Assembly (NCBI GenBank): GCA_017398725.1 | Contig: JAFQFA010000013.1 | Coordinates: 27,010 to 91,009, forward strand | Reading direction: 5' to 3' | DNA length: 64,000 bases | Source of the DNA: Oscillospiraceae bacterium | Lineage (GTDB): Bacteria > Bacillota > Clostridia > Oscillospirales > Oscillospiraceae | Shown: piece by piece, positions 59,649 to 64,000 of the stretch | Numbering within the stretch: position 1 is the stretch's first letter | Layout: each line of letters begins with the position of its first letter | The notes under the pieces: model-generated | What the model was told of the DNA's origin: nothing | The model's input: the letters and a program-made list of their open reading frames with translations, nothing else | Database searches by the model: none | Made by a program: the position numbers and the translations under genes

Positions 59649-60473
59649 TTATTCTTCTGCGGGGTGGATCTTATACAGGTGGACGATATTTCGATCCTCG
59701 GGGCTGTTATCCCGGTGCGTACCACGGGGCAAACCCTCGTCATTAATGAATGCATGGCAGCCATGGTCCATACCAAAACCGACCAATGTGTTGTGTTTCT
59801 TCCACAGGTTCTGGATCATACTGTCGAACATGCAGAAGGTCTGATAATTAAATCTTGCTTCAGACAATGCCTCCACACTTTCCGGAGTCATTTTGTGCAT
59901 GACATCGTCAAAATTAGCATTGTAGCACAGAATAAAATCATACTTATCTTCCACGATCAGTTCTGCAGCCTTAGCATTTACATCCGGCCAAGTCTTGCAG
60001 AAGTAGTAGTCGATGGGGCGCTCCGCAAAGATCACCGCCATACTGTAACCACCTCTGGAGAGCAGCGCTACCCGCTTACCGGCACGCACCAGTGCATCAA
60101 ACAGCGTATCGATGATAATCAGCTTCTTCTCATACTGCACAATACCGTGGACCTGCGGTGCTGCGCCGGTATACATCGTACCGAAGGCAATGGGGGTCTT
60201 GGGGGGATCCACAGTAACCATGGGCAACTCCAGATCGGTACGCTCCCGGGCAATATCAGACAGGTAGGGATATTTTTCATACACCCACTGGGCAATGGCA
60301 TCGCTGTTGTACATAAACACCCGGTCCGCCTTTTTGCCTGCCAAACAACGGTCAATGTACTCAGTAAGTGTCTCGTTAGGCGCGGCGGCGTGCGCGGGAG
60401 GTTCAATGCCCATGGCATAAGCCAGTGCACCGCACAGGGATTCCAAAGATACAGGATTCAGTTGATCGTTCAT
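59649..60473 (-). CDS. Alkaline-phosphatase-superfamily protein (NPP/phosphonate-hydrolase-like)
   Basis: Metal ligands NSD, DDVMH, DHG and late His; Thr nucleophile in PPKTP...TG..P..HG. Confidence 0.72.
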   Translation of the reverse strand: MNDQLNPVSLESLCGALAYAMGIEPPAHAAAPNETLTEYIDRCLAGKKADRVFMYNSDAIAQWVYEKYPYLSDIARERTDLELPMVTVDPPKTPIAFGTMYTGAAPQVHGIVQYEKKLIIIDTLFDALVRAGKRVALLSRGGYSMAVIFAERPIDYYFCKTWPDVNAKAAELIVEDKYDFILCYNANFDDVMHKMTPESVEALSEARFNYQTFCMFDSMIQNLWKKHNTLVGFGMDHGCHAFINDEGLPRGTHRDNSPEDRNIVHLYKIHPAEE

Positions 60474-60487
60474 AATAACACCTCTTA

Positions 60488-61306
60488 TTAAAGTTCAACC
60501 GCAACGGGTTTTCTGTTCTTGAAATAATGATAATGGGTAAAGCCCAACTTTTTCAGTAATTCCACATTTGTCTCAAAGCCGTGGCAAAGGCCAACTGTTC
60601 TATGGGCATCGCTGCCAAGGGTCACCAAGGTACCGCCCATGCTCTTATACAGTGAGAAAATCTCCTCATTCTGTACATTGCAGAAATGGAATCTGGGATT
60701 CAAACCGCCGGAATTGATCTCAAGGGCAATATTTCTATCGATGATCTTCTGGAGAATCTTTCGGACCATCGGCTCAAACTGCATCATGTCTGCCTTGCGC
60801 TCATGCAAGCCGGTGATATAGCGAACCGGGCAGGAAATATGGGCCAGCACATCAAAATCAAAGCTATCAACTGTCCGATCCAGCAGATCAAGGTACTTTT
60901 CCAGATAATCCGTGATTTCTTCATCAGAGCCGTCCTCGGAGAAAGGGATGCGGTTGTAAGGCTGCTCAAACCGTGCTTCCGGCACCAAGTGAACAGAATT
61001 TAAAATGCAGTCATAGCCGGGAAATGCCAGCACCTTATCTGCGTTTTCCGGGTCATACAGGTATTCGCCCATTTCCACACCGCAAAGAATTTCCATCTTT
61101 CCGGCATACTTTTCTTTCTGCTCATAAATCTCGTCAATACACTTGCGGATCCGGTTGTAATGATCCCGTTCATGATAAAAGTTCATATCACAATGATCTG
61201 TAATTGTCAGACCGGGCATGCCCTTTTCATAGGCTGCCGCACACAATTCCTCAACGGTAAACTTACCGTCGGAATTTACAGTATGGGAATGGCAATCAAA
61301 ATACAT
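60488..61306 (-). CDS. PHP-domain phosphatase (HisJ/HisK family)
   Basis: DCHSHT..SD, ITDH, GVE, SVH, LAH, EINS, GSDAH. Confidence 0.9.
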   Translation of the reverse strand: MYFDCHSHTVNSDGKFTVEELCAAAYEKGMPGLTITDHCDMNFYHERDHYNRIRKCIDEIYEQKEKYAGKMEILCGVEMGEYLYDPENADKVLAFPGYDCILNSVHLVPEARFEQPYNRIPFSEDGSDEEITDYLEKYLDLLDRTVDSFDFDVLAHISCPVRYITGLHERKADMMQFEPMVRKILQKIIDRNIALEINSGGLNPRFHFCNVQNEEIFSLYKSMGGTLVTLGSDAHRTVGLCHGFETNVELLKKLGFTHYHYFKNRKPVAVEL

Positions 61307-61425
61307 GTCGATTCCTCCTATATTTATTTTTTTATATTATAATACAATAGCAAAATTCAACACTGAATTGACTATTGTACTATTTTTATGTATTATTGTG
61401 CTATTAGGTTTATGGCGGTGAATTT

Positions 61426-62286
61426 ATGAATACAAATTACAAGAAAATTTTATACGAACATCGGCAAGGGTTCAGTCTTCATCATACAGTCGGTCCGGAG
61501 GCCGGTGCTTCCACATTGGACTATTTACACTGCAACATCCGTAATATGCTCATTTGGTTTATTCGTGGCAGTGGAAGTATTAAGGTGGAAGGAAAGCACT
61601 ACGATATTCAAGAAGGTGATATCGTTCTGTTAAGTCCTCACGAGCTTTACCACTGCACCGTTAACAGCGACAGTTACCACGAACGAATTGTGCTATATGT
61701 CAACGAATCTATTTTAGATGGTTTCCCCTTTGATACGGAAGGCGTATTTGATGCCTTTACCAAGCGAGATAAAGGAAATGGAAATCTAATCCCCGCAGAA
61801 GCGGTACAATCGGTGGAAGCAGATAAAACGCTCACTACCCTGCTCAAGCTATTCCAAGCGCCTACTCCCACCGGCAAGCTCCTGTCTGTCTGCAAGGTCA
61901 TTGAGCTGCTTATTCAGCTGAAACAGGTCATCATGCCATCTATCCAAGAACCGCTGACCCACGCCAGCAGCCTCATCGACGAAATACTGGTGTATATTAA
62001 CCAGCATTACAAAGAAGATATCGACGTTTCCGGGATCGCCGAAGTATTTAATATTCACAAATCCTATCTTTCACACTTATTTACCCAGCATGTGGGCATG
62101 AGCCTGTGGAATTATGTGATTTTGCGTAGGCTTCACGCCTTTAACGACCTTTTGCGTAAAGGTCAGTCCATTGAAGAATCCTCTTATATGGTAGGTTTTC
62201 AAAATTACTCCAACTTTTTCCGCCTATACAAAAAGCACACTGGTATGACTCCAATGCAATTTAAAAAGCAACTGCAGTCCAAATAA
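61426..62286 (+). CDS. AraC-family transcriptional regulator
   Basis: Cupin N-terminus; IHKSYLSHLF and VGFQNYSNFFRLYKKHTGMTP double HTH. Confidence 0.94.
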   Translation: MNTNYKKILYEHRQGFSLHHTVGPEAGASTLDYLHCNIRNMLIWFIRGSGSIKVEGKHYDIQEGDIVLLSPHELYHCTVNSDSYHERIVLYVNESILDGFPFDTEGVFDAFTKRDKGNGNLIPAEAVQSVEADKTLTTLLKLFQAPTPTGKLLSVCKVIELLIQLKQVIMPSIQEPLTHASSLIDEILVYINQHYKEDIDVSGIAEVFNIHKSYLSHLFTQHVGMSLWNYVILRRLHAFNDLLRKGQSIEESSYMVGFQNYSNFFRLYKKHTGMTPMQFKKQLQSK

Positions 62287-62289
62287 TTA

Positions 62290-62318
62290 ATCCGCCTCAA
62301 GTGATTCTTGAGGCGGAT
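62290..62318. terminator. Hairpin between convergent genes
   Basis: ATCCGCCTCAAG-tgatt-CTTGAGGCGGAT. Confidence 0.75.
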
Positions 62319-62320
62319 CG

Positions 62321-62785
62321 TTATTTATTTATAAAAAGTTCTTCAATAACATCTTTATGGGTTACTACGATGTTAATATCCCGGAGTTCTTCACAGGTGA
62401 AAAATCGCAGTTCTTTGGATTCTTTGCTGATCCTCATTTCAGGGAATGTATCCAGCGCCAGAATATAGGCGACAATTACCATACGCCAAATACTGCCGTC
62501 TTGGTAGGCCGCAATGCGCCCCGGTTCCCCATAGACCTTTTGTTTTACAAATTTTGTATTTGGGATCCGCAGGCCCAATTCTTCATAAACCTCCCGGGTA
62601 ATCCCCTCTAAAGGTGTTTCATGGGGCTTTACGCCGCCGCCGACCAATCCCCACGAATCACTGTCGACCCTTTTCTCCAACAGAAGCATATTGTTGTAGG
62701 TGATCAGCACATTTGCGCCTAGTCGAGTCGGTTTGTTAGGCTTCGGCGCTTGTGGATCATCCCTGTAAAATCGAACAATAGACAT
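62321..62785 (-). CDS. NUDIX hydrolase
   Basis: Nudix box GGGVKPHETPLEGITREVYEELG; ATG 62785 after GGAGG. Confidence 0.9.
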   Translation of the reverse strand: MSIVRFYRDDPQAPKPNKPTRLGANVLITYNNMLLLEKRVDSDSWGLVGGGVKPHETPLEGITREVYEELGLRIPNTKFVKQKVYGEPGRIAAYQDGSIWRMVIVAYILALDTFPEMRISKESKELRFFTCEELRDINIVVTHKDVIEELFINK

Positions 62786-62841
62786 TTTTCCTCCAACAAA
62801 CAGAGGGCTTCCCCGAAGGAAAGCCCTCTGCGGCATTAGGT

Positions 62842-64000
62842 TCAAACCACCAGCCAAACAGGGTTCTCGATGTAGTGCTTAATGGTCTCCAAGAAACGAG
62901 CGGCAGGAGCGCCGTCCAGAACGCGGTGATCATAAGTCAAGCACAGGTTCATCATGGGACGAATCACCATCTGACCGTTCTCAACCACAACCTTATCCTG
63001 CGTCCGGCTAACAGCCAGAATGCAAGTTTCGGGAGGATTCAAAACAGCAGTGAAGGAATCAATCTCAAACATACCCAGATTGGAGATAGTGAAGGTACCG
63101 CCGGACATATCAGCGGGCTTCAGCTCACCCTTACGAGCCTTATTGATGACAGCGCGGCTAGCCTGTGCCATCTCGGTGATGCTCAGGATGTCCGCATCCT
63201 TAATAACAGGAACCATCAGACCCTTAGGTGTGTCGCAAGCGATGCCAATATTAGCATAGTTGTGCATATGCAAACCATCCGGCATCATGTAGCAGTTTGC
63301 CATGGGGTGCTCGATCAGTGCGCGGGCACAAGCCATAGCCAGCAGATCCACGACAGAAACCTTGATGCCATCCTTCTCCAGCTTGGCGTTGACCTGCTTG
63401 CGGAAATTCATCAGGTTGGTAGTATCCACATCCACGCGATGGTTGGTCTGGGCAGCCTCGGTCAGGCTCTGGACCATGCGGCGTGCAGTGACCTTACGGA
63501 CAGTGTTGATAGGTTCAACCGTCTCAGTGGGTACGCGGCAAGCAGCAGGTGCGGCAACCGCAGCAGTTGCAGTTGCTGCTGCACCGCTGGCAATATAGTT
63601 GGCAACATCCTGCTCCACGATCCGGCCTTCCTCACCGCTGCCAATGATGCAGGAAACATCCACACCATTCTGGTTTGCCAGACGGGCAGCACGGGGAGAC
63701 ACGCGGACACGACCACCGGGGGTCTTTGCAGCAACACCGGTCTTGACAGCCGCAGCCACCTTAGCAGGCGCAGCAGCGGGTGCAGCAGCAGGGACAGCGG
63801 GTGCTGCAGCAGGAGCGGGTGCAGCCATAGCCGCCTTGGGATCTGCGGGCGCCACGGTACCGGCAGGGCCGATAGCGGCAATGGGATCACCGCAGGGAGC
63901 AGACTCACCTTCTGCGCAGTAGATCTTCAGAATCACACCGGACAGCAGGGATTCGACCTCAACAACAGACTTGTCGGTCTCGATCTCAGCAATGGGCTCA
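62842..64000 (-). CDS. Dihydrolipoamide acyltransferase E2 (2-oxoacid/acetoin dehydrogenase), 5' end beyond the window
   Basis: Frame is open to the edge: EIETDKSVVEVES lipoyl motif, Ala/Pro linker, SPRAARLA E3-binding domain, GGTFTISNLG, DHRVLDGA. Confidence 0.93.
   Translation of the reverse strand, partial: EPIAEIETDKSVVEVESLLSGVILKIYCAEGESAPCGDPIAAIGPAGTVAPADPKAAMAAPAPAAAPAVPAAAPAAAPAKVAAAVKTGVAAKTPGGRVRVSPRAARLANQNGVDVSCIIGSGEEGRIVEQDVANYIASGAAATATAAVAAPAACRVPTETVEPINTVRKVTARRMVQSLTEAAQTNHRVDVDTTNLMNFRKQVNAKLEKDGIKVSVVDLLAMACARALIEHPMANCYMMPDGLHMHNYANIGIACDTPKGLMVPVIKDADILSITEMAQASRAVINKARKGELKPADMSGGTFTISNLGMFEIDSFTAVLNPPETCILAVSRTQDKVVVENGQMVIRPMMNLCLTYDHRVLDGAPAARFLETIKHYIENPVWLVV

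Noticed and set aside
63740-63860. GCA/GCG-rich low-complexity repeat
   Set aside because: It encodes the normal Ala/Pro linker of the E2 subunit.

Overview
A mostly housekeeping chromosomal region from a spore-forming, anaerobic Bacillota (Clostridia; Oscillospiraceae-like, by inference from gene content and synteny). In order: scpAB-ytfI-ytfJ-dacB; a ThrRS-N/uridine-kinase fusion, metA and spoIID; a TPR/Fn3/LRR surface protein; ylxM-ffh-rpsP-khpA-rimM-trmD; znuACB-trmO-CE4 deacetylase; a 1517-aa secreted beta-helix protein ending in a DUF4886/SGNH-like domain; a 20-kb pyr+pur supercluster with a ZMP/ZTP riboswitch; M23 peptidase, dusB, ttcA, rplM-rpsI; an islet with PAP2, XRE regulators and two DUF4886 lipoproteins; tRNA-Ala(CGC); T-box-tyrS; dxs-tlyA-nadK-argR-recN; an AraC/PHP/alkaline-phosphatase-family cassette; NUDIX; a partial E2. 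The most unusual signal is a ~150-bp tandem array behind tRNA-Ala. Each unit regenerates the tRNA 3' end (CCA), and the two complete units also carry an antisense T-arm and the tRNA's own 5' acceptor strand GGGCTTG, so they could fold into G3:U70 Ala minihelices. Other highlights: Cys1-less PurF, carB without carA and purE without purK; a ZTP riboswitch whose linker copies both pseudoknot strands; TTGACA-like palindromes at ylxM; three DUF4886 paralogs. All calls come from reading the sequence; no database searches were run.
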